A DNA stretch of 64,000 nt from Verrucomicrobiota bacterium (GTDB lineage: Bacteria > Verrucomicrobiota > Verrucomicrobiia > Limisphaerales > UBA8199). This document shows, in pieces, positions 19,680-28,610 of this stretch. How positions within the stretch are numbered: the stretch's first letter is position 1; each line of letters opens with the position of its first letter. The notes under the pieces were generated by a model. It saw nothing but the letters and a program-made list of their open reading frames with translations, was not told where the DNA came from and ran no database searches. Made by a program: the position numbers and the translations under genes. Location: positions 8,027 through 72,026 of the forward strand of contig JBDHQH010000004.1 in NCBI GenBank assembly GCA_039806935.1, given 5' to 3'.

Positions 19680-20123
19680 TTAGCAGCCCAGGGCGGGCTC
19701 GCCCGCGATGGTGGCGGACACCGGAAGCATGCGGCGCACGTAGTCCACCGCCTCCGTAAAAGTGGCGCTCTTGGTGAAATACTGCGCGACCTCCAGCTCG
19801 GCCGCGTGCTGGCGATCATCCGGATGGTCCGAGGAACTCAAAATCACCACCGGCGCACCTCGCAGAACCCCGGTCGCTCGAATCCAGTCGAGCACCTCGA
19901 ACCCGTTCAAGCCGGGCAGTTTGAGATCCAGCAGCACCAGATCCGGCAGCGGGTAACGCTCGCGGTCCGCGTAGGGACCGGTGGCCGATAAATACTCGAG
20001 CGCCTGATCGCCGCTGGAAATCGCCTCCAACCTCACCGCCAGGCCAGCCTTGGCGAAGGCCCGCCGAACCAAAAAAACGTCGTTCGGATCATCCTCCACA
20101 TGCAGTATGGTGAAGCTGTTCAT
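19680..20123 (-). CDS. Stand-alone response-regulator receiver protein (paralog 1)
   Basis: ILHVEDDPNDVFLV ... YPLPDLVLLDLKLPGLNGFEVLDWIR ... receiver motifs with no output domain. Start at MNSFTIL. Confidence 0.85.
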   Translation of the reverse strand: MNSFTILHVEDDPNDVFLVRRAFAKAGLAVRLEAISSGDQALEYLSATGPYADRERYPLPDLVLLDLKLPGLNGFEVLDWIRATGVLRGAPVVILSSSDHPDDRQHAAELEVAQYFTKSATFTEAVDYVRRMLPVSATIAGEPALGC

Positions 20124-20190
20124 CAGTTCGCGCTGTTGAGTGCGTGTCAATCTGTAACTCGTCAGTCACAAAGTCAACCGCCACCTAGCA

Positions 20191-20541
20191 TTGGTCATGG
20201 CCAACCTCAAAACGTTCAATCTGGAAGCGGGCTATCCCACCCTCGAGGAGGCCCGCCGGATCCTGGCGGCGGAGCTCCGGACCGCCCGCCGCGAAAAAGC
20301 GAAGCTCCTGAAAATCATCCACGGCTACGGCGCCTCGGGCCAAGGCGGAGTGCTGCGGATAGGGTTGCGAAAGTCGCTGCGCCTCCGGAAAAAGGAGGGT
20401 TTGATCGTGGATTTTATCCCCGGCGAGGATCTCACCATCTTCAACCGCCAGGTTCTCGAATTGCTCGAGGCTGTCCCCGAACTGCGAGCCGATCCCGACC
20501 TTCGCGCGGGCAACGAAGGCGTTACGCTGATCGTCCTCTAG
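20191..20541 (+). CDS. Smr domain protein
   Basis: 116 aa with a LKIIHGYGASGQGG motif typical of Smr/MutS2 C-terminal domains. Confidence 0.7.
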   Translation: MVMANLKTFNLEAGYPTLEEARRILAAELRTARREKAKLLKIIHGYGASGQGGVLRIGLRKSLRLRKKEGLIVDFIPGEDLTIFNRQVLELLEAVPELRADPDLRAGNEGVTLIVL

Positions 20542-20706
20542 CTCTGCCCCGCGAGCTTTCGCGCTCGGAGCGTCCCCTGATTCCCCGGCTCCCGCGGAGC
20601 ACGCGGCGGAGCGGAGGCAGGCGCCGGCGGCCGATCGCGGCGCGCCCCATCCCGGACTGCTTTTTCCACTTCGACGCGCCCTTCCGTTCTGCTATGCTCC
20701 GTGTCC

Positions 20707-21795
20707 ATGGAAATTTTCCAACGAATTTTGAAGACCGCCGTCGAGGGGGGCGCGTCAGATATTCATCTCAAAATCGGCACGCCCGTCATCTTTCGCATCA
20801 ACCGGCAGATCATCGCCATCGAGTGTCCGCACCCCACCGAAACGTGGATGAATCAGATCGTGGACGCCATCGCGCCGGCGCACCTGCGTAAAAAGCTCGA
20901 GCAGGAGCGCGAGGTGGACTTTTCTTATTACGTCCCCGGGACCGGGCGGTTCCGGACCAACCTGTTTCAGCAGCGCGGCCAATGGTGCCTGGCCATGCGT
21001 TATGTGAAAACGATCGTGCCGGGGTTCGAGGAGCTGGGGCTGTTGGATCAAATCCGCGGCATCGCCGAATCCCCGCGGGGCATCGTCCTGGTGGCCGGCT
21101 CCACCGGCTGCGGCAAATCGACCACCCTGGCCGCCATGGTCGAGCACATCAACGCCAATTTCAAGAAGCACATCATCACCCTCGAGGATCCGATCGAATT
21201 CGTTTTCGAGGACAATCAATGTGTGATCGAGCAGCGTGAGGTGGGCTTGGACACCCTCTCCTTTCACCACGCGCTCAAACACGTTTTGCGGCAGGATCCG
21301 GACATCATCATGATCGGTGAGATGCGCGACTCGATCAGTTTCACCGCCGCCATGAGCGCGGCGGACACTGGTCACCTGGTGCTCTCGACCCTGCACACCA
21401 CCAACGCCTCCCAATCCGTCAGCCGCGTCCTGGACTTTTTCAAGGCCGATGAGCGCGAGCAGGTGCGCCGGCAGTTGGCCGGCACCCTGCGGGCGGTCAT
21501 CTGCCAGCGCATGGTCGGCACGCTGGCCGGCGGCATGACGCCCGCCCTCGAGATCATGATTAACACCCCCACGGTGCGCAAGCTGATCGAGGAAAACCGG
21601 CTCGACAAACTGTCCGCCGCCATCGAAACCGGCACCGACGACGGCATGCTCAACTTCAACCAGGCGCTGTTCAATCTCGTGAAAGCCGGAAAGGTGGGCG
21701 AGGCCGAGGCCCTCAGCAAGGCCAGCAACCCGCAAGCCCTCGAGATGAATTTCAAAGGCATCTTCCTCGACGAAGGCCGCCGCATTCTGTCGTAA
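20707..21795 (+). CDS. pilT: Type IV pilus retraction ATPase PilT family
   Basis: GGASDIHLK N-terminal motif, Walker A GSTGCGKSTT, Asp box IIMIGEMRD and His box LVLSTLHT. Confidence 0.85.
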   Translation: MEIFQRILKTAVEGGASDIHLKIGTPVIFRINRQIIAIECPHPTETWMNQIVDAIAPAHLRKKLEQEREVDFSYYVPGTGRFRTNLFQQRGQWCLAMRYVKTIVPGFEELGLLDQIRGIAESPRGIVLVAGSTGCGKSTTLAAMVEHINANFKKHIITLEDPIEFVFEDNQCVIEQREVGLDTLSFHHALKHVLRQDPDIIMIGEMRDSISFTAAMSAADTGHLVLSTLHTTNASQSVSRVLDFFKADEREQVRRQLAGTLRAVICQRMVGTLAGGMTPALEIMINTPTVRKLIEENRLDKLSAAIETGTDDGMLNFNQALFNLVKAGKVGEAEALSKASNPQALEMNFKGIFLDEGRRILS

Positions 21796-21800
21796 GCCCG

Positions 21801-22811
21801 CTACGGGCGGCCCGGACGGCCCGGCGGATCCAGCTCGTTCTGCTTCCGCGGGGCGGGCTCGCGGTGCGCCAGCCCCCCCGGCGCCGCGCTGGGCGGCGAA
21901 GGCTCCAGGGCGGGATTGGTCAACGCCAGAATTTCCTCCGCCGCCGTGCAGAAGCGCACCGGGACGCTGGGCCAGGCCGCGCAGTTGGTTTCGCCCTCCG
22001 GCGGCTCGCCGGCATCCGCGATGCTGGCCACCTGGGCCACCACATTTCCGGCTTCATCCACCACCGGGGCGCCGCTCGAACCGGGAGCGAACTCCGCCGT
22101 CACATTCAAAAACAGCACCGGCCGCGTCAGCCAGCCATTGGTCCTGCCCTGCTCGTCCAACCGCTCATTTCGCAAACGGGCCACGCGGGCGACGATCCCC
22201 TCCGAAAACATGAAATGATACCCGCCCGGATGGCTCAGGCAGTACACGCGCTCACCCACCCGCGCCCCCGCCGCCAGCGGCAGCGGCGCCAGCGCATCCG
22301 CCCCGGCGAGTTGCACAAAACAGGTGTCCGAATCCACCTCCGCCGCCAGCACCCCCGCCACTGGATAGACCCGCCCCTCCACATCTGCCGCCACGAGGTA
22401 CGCCTCGGGGGAATCCAGCTTTTCCCCCAGCAGCACATGACAACAAGTGCAAACCACTCCGCCGGCCGCCACCACAAAACCGGCGCCGCTGTTGAAATGC
22501 CATTCCGGGCATTCTCCGCACCGGTAATACTCCCCCACCGCCAGCGTGCTTCCCGCCAGCCGCTCGTAGAGGGCGGGGCCAGCCCGCTTCTCGCGGGAGG
22601 GCGCGGGCAGTTTCAACGCCACACCCCGGGTGCGCGTCTCCCGCCGCAACTCCCCCACCAGCCTGAGTTTGCCTTGTTTCCGCAACTCAGCCGCCCCCGC
22701 CACGACCCGCTCGAGATACACCGTGTCGTCCACCACCCGCCGGCTCGCCGGCTCCTTCCCCAAAACCGCCAGGCTCCAGCCCACCAATAAAATCAGCATC
22801 CATCGTGTCAT
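21801..22811 (-). CDS. Secreted trypsin-like (S1) serine protease
   Basis: Signal peptide. Candidate triad CCHVL / DSDTCFV / GSSGAPVVD. Cys-rich segment YYRCGECPEWH. Confidence 0.7.
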   Translation of the reverse strand: MTRWMLILLVGWSLAVLGKEPASRRVVDDTVYLERVVAGAAELRKQGKLRLVGELRRETRTRGVALKLPAPSREKRAGPALYERLAGSTLAVGEYYRCGECPEWHFNSGAGFVVAAGGVVCTCCHVLLGEKLDSPEAYLVAADVEGRVYPVAGVLAAEVDSDTCFVQLAGADALAPLPLAAGARVGERVYCLSHPGGYHFMFSEGIVARVARLRNERLDEQGRTNGWLTRPVLFLNVTAEFAPGSSGAPVVDEAGNVVAQVASIADAGEPPEGETNCAAWPSVPVRFCTAAEEILALTNPALEPSPPSAAPGGLAHREPAPRKQNELDPPGRPGRP

Positions 22812-22996
22812 GCATCAGCGCCTCCCTAATTGCGCCGCCCGCAACATGGAAAAAACCCGGGGCCAGAGCACGACTTTTTCCGCAACGAACGCTTTCTGAG
22901 CCAGCCTCCGGTCCGATGGACGCGGCGCAAAATTCGGAAAGGGAACCCGGGCCATTTGATTTACGCAACCAATAGAGTTACATATCATCCGTCATT

Positions 22997-23419
22997 ATGG
23001 GCGCCAACGCACGCTTCGCCACCGCCTTGCACGTTCTGGCCGTTCTGGCCCACCAGGACGGAGATCCCGTGTCCTCCGAATTTTTGTCCGCCAGCGTCAA
23101 CACCAATCCGGTGGTCATCCGGCGGCTTTTGCGCGCCTTGCAAACCAGCCGCCTAGTGGAAACCCGCAAAGGGCCGCGCGCCGGATCGCGATTGGCCCGC
23201 TCCGCCGCCCGAGTGCGCCTGGCGGATGTTTACCAGGCCGTCCGCGATCCCGCGCTCTTTGGCCTGCCGCGCCGCCGCCCCAGCCCCGCCTGCCCGGTCG
23301 GCCAGCGCATCCATGCCGTGCTGAAACCGCTCTTTGCCTCCGCCGAACTCGCCCTCTCGCGCGATCTGGCCAGAACCACCCTGGCCGACGTCCTCCGGCA
23401 AATCCAGCGCTTGCGTTAG
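22997..23419 (+). CDS. Rrf2 family transcriptional regulator
   Basis: 140 aa. ARFATALHVLAVLA...SEFLSASVNTNPVVIRRLLRAL matches an Rrf2 winged-helix N-terminus. Confidence 0.8.
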   Translation: MGANARFATALHVLAVLAHQDGDPVSSEFLSASVNTNPVVIRRLLRALQTSRLVETRKGPRAGSRLARSAARVRLADVYQAVRDPALFGLPRRRPSPACPVGQRIHAVLKPLFASAELALSRDLARTTLADVLRQIQRLR

Positions 23420-23495
23420 CCGCGCCGCCGGGCCCGCGCGTCTCCCCGTGGACAAACGCAACCAACTGTGTTACATACAAGACAGGACTTTTGCC

Positions 23496-24491
23496 ATGTT
23501 ATTGAACGAGAAAATTTCCACCGCGCCCCCGCGACCCGCGCGCGGCCGCGGTCGTCCGGCGTCGCCGCGCGCCGGGCGGCGCCGGGAAGATCGCTTGGAG
23601 CGGGAGGCCGGGGACAGCGAACCCGCCTCCCCGGGAGAGTCATCCGCCTCCTCGCCCCTGCAGCTTTATCTCCGGGAAGTCGGCCGGGTAAAGTTGCTCA
23701 CCCCCGCTGAGGAATTTGAGCTGGGACAGCGGGTGCGGCAAGGCGACGAAGCCGCGCGGGAGCAAATGATCAAGGCCAACCTCCGGTTGGTCGTCAAGAT
23801 CGCGCGGGAATATGACAACCTCGGCCTGCCATTGCTGGATCTGATCAATGAAGGGAATATGGGATTGATGAAGGGTGTCGAGCGATTTGATCCCACTCGG
23901 GGAGCCAAGCTCTCGACCTACGCTTCGTGGTGGATCAAGCAATCCATCAAGCGCGCGCTGGCCAACCAGGTGAAGACCATTCGCCTGCCGGTGCATGTGG
24001 TGGACAAAGTCGCCCACCTTCGGCGGGCGGAGTTGAAGCTCAAGGAAATCCTGGACCGCGACCCGACCGACGAGGAGTTGGCCGCCGACGTGGGCCTCAA
24101 GCCCAGGCAGGTGCGCGAGTACCGGGAGGCCGCCAAATCAACGGTTTCCCTGGACGCCCCGCTCGGCGACGAGCATGATTCCCAGCATGTTGCCGAAGTC
24201 GTGGCGGACGAGCGCGCCGAAGCGCCTTTTGACAACCTGGTCCAGGACAGCGACCAGGCCTTGATGAGGGAAGCTTTCGCCACCCTCAAGCCGCGGGAAC
24301 GAGAAATCCTTTCATTGCGATTCGGCTTGGTGGATGACACCCCGCAAACCCTCGAGAAAATCGGCCGGCGCTACGGTCTGACCCGCGAGCGCATCCGCCA
24401 GATCGAAAATGAAGGTCTCAAAAAACTGCGGCTTCGCATGCGCAAGAAGGACACCCTCGCAACGGAAGGCATTCTGTCCCTGACGGAATAG
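23496..24491 (+). CDS. Sigma-70 family RNA polymerase sigma factor (group 1/2-like, short N-terminus)
   Basis: Region 2 motifs (LRLVVKIAREY, EGNMGLMKGVERFDP, STYASWWIKQSIKRAL) and region 4.2 (TLEKIGRRYGLTRERIRQIENEGLKKLR). ATG at 23496 avoids an overlap with the Rrf2 gene. Confidence 0.85.
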   Translation: MLLNEKISTAPPRPARGRGRPASPRAGRRREDRLEREAGDSEPASPGESSASSPLQLYLREVGRVKLLTPAEEFELGQRVRQGDEAAREQMIKANLRLVVKIAREYDNLGLPLLDLINEGNMGLMKGVERFDPTRGAKLSTYASWWIKQSIKRALANQVKTIRLPVHVVDKVAHLRRAELKLKEILDRDPTDEELAADVGLKPRQVREYREAAKSTVSLDAPLGDEHDSQHVAEVVADERAEAPFDNLVQDSDQALMREAFATLKPREREILSLRFGLVDDTPQTLEKIGRRYGLTRERIRQIENEGLKKLRLRMRKKDTLATEGILSLTE

Positions 24492-24584
24492 GATTTTTTG
24501 GGGGGGCGCCAGCGCGCCCACGCACACCTCGCCAGCCAGCGGTTCCTCCTTGCCACGAAGCGCCATGCTCGGAAAGGATTCCGC

Positions 24585-25013
24585 ATGCGAAGACAATGGA
24601 GACAATGGATGGCGGTGGTGGCAGTAGCTGCGGCCTGCTCGATTTGGCCGATTTCCGCCGGCGCGCAGGCGAAGAAAGCTGCGACGCCCCCGCCGGGCAG
24701 TGAGCGCCAAACCCCGAAGCCCAAAGGCGGACCCTTCCGGGGCAAGCTGGTTTCCCTCGACAAAACCGCCAGGACCATCACGGTAGGGAAGCGGACCTTC
24801 CACGCCGGCCCCAACACCCGGATCGAGAGAGATGGCAAACCAGCCCGATTCGAGGATGGCGTGGTCGGCGAGATCACCAGCGGCGGCTTCAAACTCGATG
24901 ACCAGGGCCGGATGATGGCGACCAAAATCAACTATGGCCCCAAGGTCGATGCCAGGGCCACCCAAAAAGCGCCGTCAGCGCCGGTTTCCAGCGCCAAAAA
25001 GACCGCGCCGTAA
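24585..25013 (+). CDS. Small secreted hypothetical protein
   Basis: Signal peptide MRRQWRQWMAVVAVAAACSIWPISAGAQA, a Lys/Pro-rich linker, then a short beta-rich domain. No family assigned. Confidence 0.5.
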   Translation: MRRQWRQWMAVVAVAAACSIWPISAGAQAKKAATPPPGSERQTPKPKGGPFRGKLVSLDKTARTITVGKRTFHAGPNTRIERDGKPARFEDGVVGEITSGGFKLDDQGRMMATKINYGPKVDARATQKAPSAPVSSAKKTAP

Positions 25014-25102
25014 TCACTCCCCGGCGGAAGGCTGCCAGGCGGCGGATTTCCTGAGGGCGATGCGCCGCTGGCCGGTGCCGCCGCTAAATCGTTGCCGGCT
25101 GG

Positions 25103-25810
25103 TCAACTGAGCGCGCCGGGGGTGCTGACAATATCGGTTTCGGGAACTCCAGCGCGCACGGTCTCGATAATGCCGTGCGCCGCCGCGTGGCGCACCAGAC
25201 TGGCAGTGTCATGGATATTGAGTTTGTTCATGACTTGCTGCCGGTGCTTTTCAACAGTTTTCACACTGAGCCCCAGTTCGCCGGCGATCTGCTTATTGGC
25301 GAAACCCTCCGCAATCAACTGCAGCACCTCCGCCTCGCGATGGGTCAGGCTGACGGCCGGCATTTTTAGTGGTTCGCCATTGGAGAACCGGCAGGATTGT
25401 TCCCGCAACCGCTGGGCGATCGCAGGGCTGAAATAAGCGTTGCCGCGTTTCACCTCCCGGATCGCCTTGACGAGGTCCGCGCCAGCGGTCTGTTTGATCA
25501 AATAAGCAGCCACTCCAGCGGCCACTGCCTGCTGGATGTGCTCATCGTCATGATAGCTCGAGAGGACCAGGACACGAACCGCGGGATGCGCTTTGACGAT
25601 CTGCCGGGTGGCCTCCCAGCCGTTGAGCAGCGGCATCGCGAGATCCATCAAGACGACGTCCGGATGCAGCGCGTCAACCATCTGGACGGCTTCGCGCCCG
25701 GATTGGGCTTCGCCCACAATGGTCATATCGTTTTCCGCCAGCAGCAAAGCCTTCAGGCCCTGCCGCACAATGTTGTGATCATCGGCAATGAGAACAGAAA
25801 TGTTAGCCAT
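25103..25810 (-). CDS. NarL/LuxR-family two-component response regulator
   Basis: Receiver motifs (VLIADDHNIV, VVLMDLAMP) plus a C-terminal LuxR HTH (LTHREAEVLQLIAEGFANKQIAGELGLSVKTVEKHRQQVMNKL). Confidence 0.9.
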   Translation of the reverse strand: MANISVLIADDHNIVRQGLKALLLAENDMTIVGEAQSGREAVQMVDALHPDVVLMDLAMPLLNGWEATRQIVKAHPAVRVLVLSSYHDDEHIQQAVAAGVAAYLIKQTAGADLVKAIREVKRGNAYFSPAIAQRLREQSCRFSNGEPLKMPAVSLTHREAEVLQLIAEGFANKQIAGELGLSVKTVEKHRQQVMNKLNIHDTASLVRHAAAHGIIETVRAGVPETDIVSTPGALS

Positions 25811-26175
25811 AGTTTAGATGGTCATGCGCAACCACGCGTTACCGGCCAACTATGCGACCGGGATCGGACGGACGAAATAGGGTAATACCCTTTGCCCGTT
25901 TTGGCGAATTGCCCCATCCGAACCATCCGGACCCGGCGGGGGACTGCCGGCTCAGAAATCGGCCGGTTTTTATTAACCCCGCCCCGCCTCGATTTTTTCA
26001 CTGCGCACCAAGCACTCCACGCCGAGCAAATCGCTTTGGCCTGGGGTCCTTCCCCCACTTGTTGAAATGGCCTGCTTCCGTCTAGTAATTCCCGAAGCCT
26101 TCGCGCCGTGGTGGGGGCTGGCGGACGACCTTTCGCCTGGCGCGGCGGGCCGGATGGAAACGCTCGGAAGACGAC

Positions 26176-26661
26176 ATGATGCATAAAAATAAACACATAC
26201 TGCTGGTGGAGGACGATCCCAATGACGTGCTGCTGATCGAGCGGGCCTTTCGCAAAGCCGGCTTCGCCGACCGGCTGCGCATCGTTCGGGATGGCGATCA
26301 AACCATCGAATATCTCAGCGGCCGCGGGGAATACGCGGATCGGGAAGCGTACCCGCTGCCCTTTCTGGTGCTGTTGGATCTCAAAATGCCGGGGACCGAC
26401 GGCTTCGAGGTGCTGCAATGGGCGCGCAACGAACGCTCCCTCCGGCGGCTGATGATCGTGGTGCTGACCTCTTCCAATCTCCAGGCCGACATCGACCGGG
26501 CATACGATCTGGGCGCCAATTCGTACCTCGTCAAACCCGTCGAGTTTGACCAGATGTTGAATCTCATCCAACGCTTCGAAACTTACTGGACGGAAATTAA
26601 CCGCATTCCCACCAGCCTCACCCCCATCGTGGTCCCGAATTCGGAGACTACGTTCAAATGA
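26176..26661 (+). CDS. Stand-alone response-regulator receiver protein (paralog 2)
   Basis: ILLVEDDPNDVLLI ... YPLPFLVLLDLKMPGTDGFEVLQWAR ... SYLVKP, with no output domain. Confidence 0.85.
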   Translation: MMHKNKHILLVEDDPNDVLLIERAFRKAGFADRLRIVRDGDQTIEYLSGRGEYADREAYPLPFLVLLDLKMPGTDGFEVLQWARNERSLRRLMIVVLTSSNLQADIDRAYDLGANSYLVKPVEFDQMLNLIQRFETYWTEINRIPTSLTPIVVPNSETTFK

Positions 26662-26822
26662 CTGCGGCGAGAACCCGAGCGGCGCGTGAGGAAAACGTTC
26701 AAATTCTGTTCGGAAAAATTTTCGGCCGCCGCGGCAAAACTTTTGACTCGCCGCTTTCGATAGCCTACAAAAATTAACCGGGCTGACAGCCTCGGCGCGA
26801 AAGCGCGCCAGCCCCGTGACTC

Positions 26823-27323
26823 ATGACTCAGCAACCGAAATTAACCGATCGGAAAACCGGGTCGGGCTTCGCCCACGCCGCCCGGAGGATGCCCGTGACC
26901 GTACTGCATGTGGACGACGACCCCAACGATTCGGAGTTGCTGGCTTCAGCGGCCCGCAAGGCGGGGGTGGAATTCTCGCTGCAAAATGTCGTCGATGGCG
27001 AACAGGCCATGGCCTATCTCAGCGGCGGCGGCGCCTTCGCCGACCGGCGCAAATATCCGCTGCCCTCGCTGATTTTGTTGGATCTGAAAATGCCGCGCAC
27101 CACCGGGTTTGAGGTTTTGACCTGGTTGCGCGCGCGCGCCCAACTCGGGCACATCCCCGTGGTGGTCCTGTCCGGCTCGGAATTGCGCCGGGATAGGGAT
27201 CGCGCCCATGCCGAAGGCGCCAGTTCTTACCTGGTGAAACCGCTCGGCTTCGAAGCCCTCGTGGCCTTGATTCGCGACCTCGACTCGACCTGGCTCAACG
27301 GAAATTCTCCCACCCCCGCCTGA
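26823..27323 (+). CDS. Stand-alone response-regulator receiver protein (paralog 3)
   Basis: VLHVDDDPNDSELL ... YPLPSLILLDLKMPRTTGFEVLTWLR ... SYLVKP. The start may instead be the ATG at 26889 (MPVTVL). Confidence 0.8.
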   Translation: MTQQPKLTDRKTGSGFAHAARRMPVTVLHVDDDPNDSELLASAARKAGVEFSLQNVVDGEQAMAYLSGGGAFADRRKYPLPSLILLDLKMPRTTGFEVLTWLRARAQLGHIPVVVLSGSELRRDRDRAHAEGASSYLVKPLGFEALVALIRDLDSTWLNGNSPTPA

Positions 27324-27484
27324 GCCGCGCCTCCAGCGATGCCGGATCTCATAACCCGCCATTTTCCCCGCCAAGGCCCGGAGATCATGGCCGCACGCAG
27401 CTCCGGAGCTCGCCCTCGCCCCGCGAGAATTGCCGGCCGCGCGCTTGACATCGCCTCGCGGGCGGGTCATTTAAACATCAGCTT

Positions 27485-28531
27485 ATGAACCTGAAATCTC
27501 TCGGTGGGTTTTCTCTTTTCTCCGGTTTGGCGCTCCTCCTGGCGGGAACCGGTTGCTCCACCACCAAACGCCCCGGCGCGATCGCCCGGCGCACCGGCGA
27601 TGAAATCGTGGTGGCCGGCCAGTTCGTCCACACCGGGGCGAAGGTCGTGCTGTGGATGGATCCCGGCGGGTACGATGCCTATCGCGTCGAGCGCCGATTC
27701 GCCCCCCTGGAGAAATCGGATTGGGAGACCTCGCGCCAGGAGGTGAAGGATCTCGATTCTCCCGCCCGTTACAACCTGCGCCTGGCAGGATTGACCCCCG
27801 AGGAAATCGAGCGCGTCCGCGGCGGCGGTTGGGATCTGCCCACCTTGCAAAAGGTGGTGGACCAGTTCGTCATTCATTACGACGTGTGTGGCGTGAGCCG
27901 CACCTGTTTCAAAGTGCTGCAGGACATGCGGGACTTGAGCGTGCATTTCATGCTGGATTTGGACGGCACCATTTATCAAACGCTCGACTTGAAGGAGCGC
28001 GCCTGGCATGCGACCACCTCCAACACCCGGTCCGTGGGCATCGAGATCGCGAATATGGGCGCCTACGCGGTGGGCGGACGGAATCCGTTCGCCGAATGGT
28101 ACGCGCGAACCAATGGCCAGACCGTCATCACGCTTCCCGCGCGGCTGGGGGACGGGGGGATCCGAACGAAGAACTTTGTCGGTCATCCCGACCGTCCGGA
28201 GCCGGTCATCGGCAAGGTGCAGGGGCGGGAGCTGATGCAGTATGACTTCACCCCGCAACAGTATGAGTCGCTGACCAGGCTGACCGCCGCGCTGAGCGCG
28301 GTGCTGCCGAAGATCCGGTGTGACTATCCCCGCGACGCCGCCGGTCGCCTCGTCACGACAAAGCTGCCCGACGCGGAGTTGGCTGCGTATCAGGGCGTGC
28401 TCGGGCACTTCCACATCCAGGCCAACAAGACCGATCCCGGCCCCGCTTTCCAGTGGGACCGCGTGATTGGCGGCGCGCAGCGGCTGCTGCGCGGCCGTCT
28501 GGCCAGCCCCGGGGATGCCGCCGCTCGTTGA
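27485..28531 (+). CDS. N-acetylmuramoyl-L-alanine amidase (Amidase_2/PGRP fold), lipoprotein
   Basis: Lipobox LLAGTGC. Motifs VIHYDVCG, ERAWHATTSN and GHFHIQANKTDPGPAF. Confidence 0.75.
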   Translation: MNLKSLGGFSLFSGLALLLAGTGCSTTKRPGAIARRTGDEIVVAGQFVHTGAKVVLWMDPGGYDAYRVERRFAPLEKSDWETSRQEVKDLDSPARYNLRLAGLTPEEIERVRGGGWDLPTLQKVVDQFVIHYDVCGVSRTCFKVLQDMRDLSVHFMLDLDGTIYQTLDLKERAWHATTSNTRSVGIEIANMGAYAVGGRNPFAEWYARTNGQTVITLPARLGDGGIRTKNFVGHPDRPEPVIGKVQGRELMQYDFTPQQYESLTRLTAALSAVLPKIRCDYPRDAAGRLVTTKLPDAELAAYQGVLGHFHIQANKTDPGPAFQWDRVIGGAQRLLRGRLASPGDAAAR

Positions 28532-28610
28532 GGGAGGGGCGGAGCAGGCGTAAGCCGCGGTAGCGCCCGGCGGCTTGCTCCCCGTCGGTCGCGCCGGTAG
28601 GCTGGCAGGA

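Noticed and set aside
20100-20891. 263-aa ORF spanning the Smr gene region and the pilT upstream region.
   Set aside because: It is out of frame with the Smr ORF, which has a clear HGYG motif. Its translation is Arg/Pro/Ser-rich with no motifs.
20707-21795. Orphan pilT, with no pilB, pilC or pilM-Q nearby, considered as part of a novel system together with Smr and the trypsin-like protease.
   Set aside because: pilT paralogs are commonly unlinked from the other pilus genes. The neighbours are on different strands or separated by spacers of about 160 nt, and they share no known functional connection.
25811-26175. A 365-bp gene-free spacer between the NarL-type regulator and the first tandem receiver gene. 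It includes track ORFs 25852-26085 (+) and 25822-26571 (-), and a hairpin plus T-run (CCGGC-N10-GCCGG-TTTTT, 25947-25971) that might mark a small RNA.
   Set aside because: The ORF translations look non-coding (Pro/Arg-rich, no motifs). The hairpin has only a 5-bp stem with a 10-nt loop, too weak to call a terminator or sRNA without expression data. The spacer is most simply a divergent promoter region.
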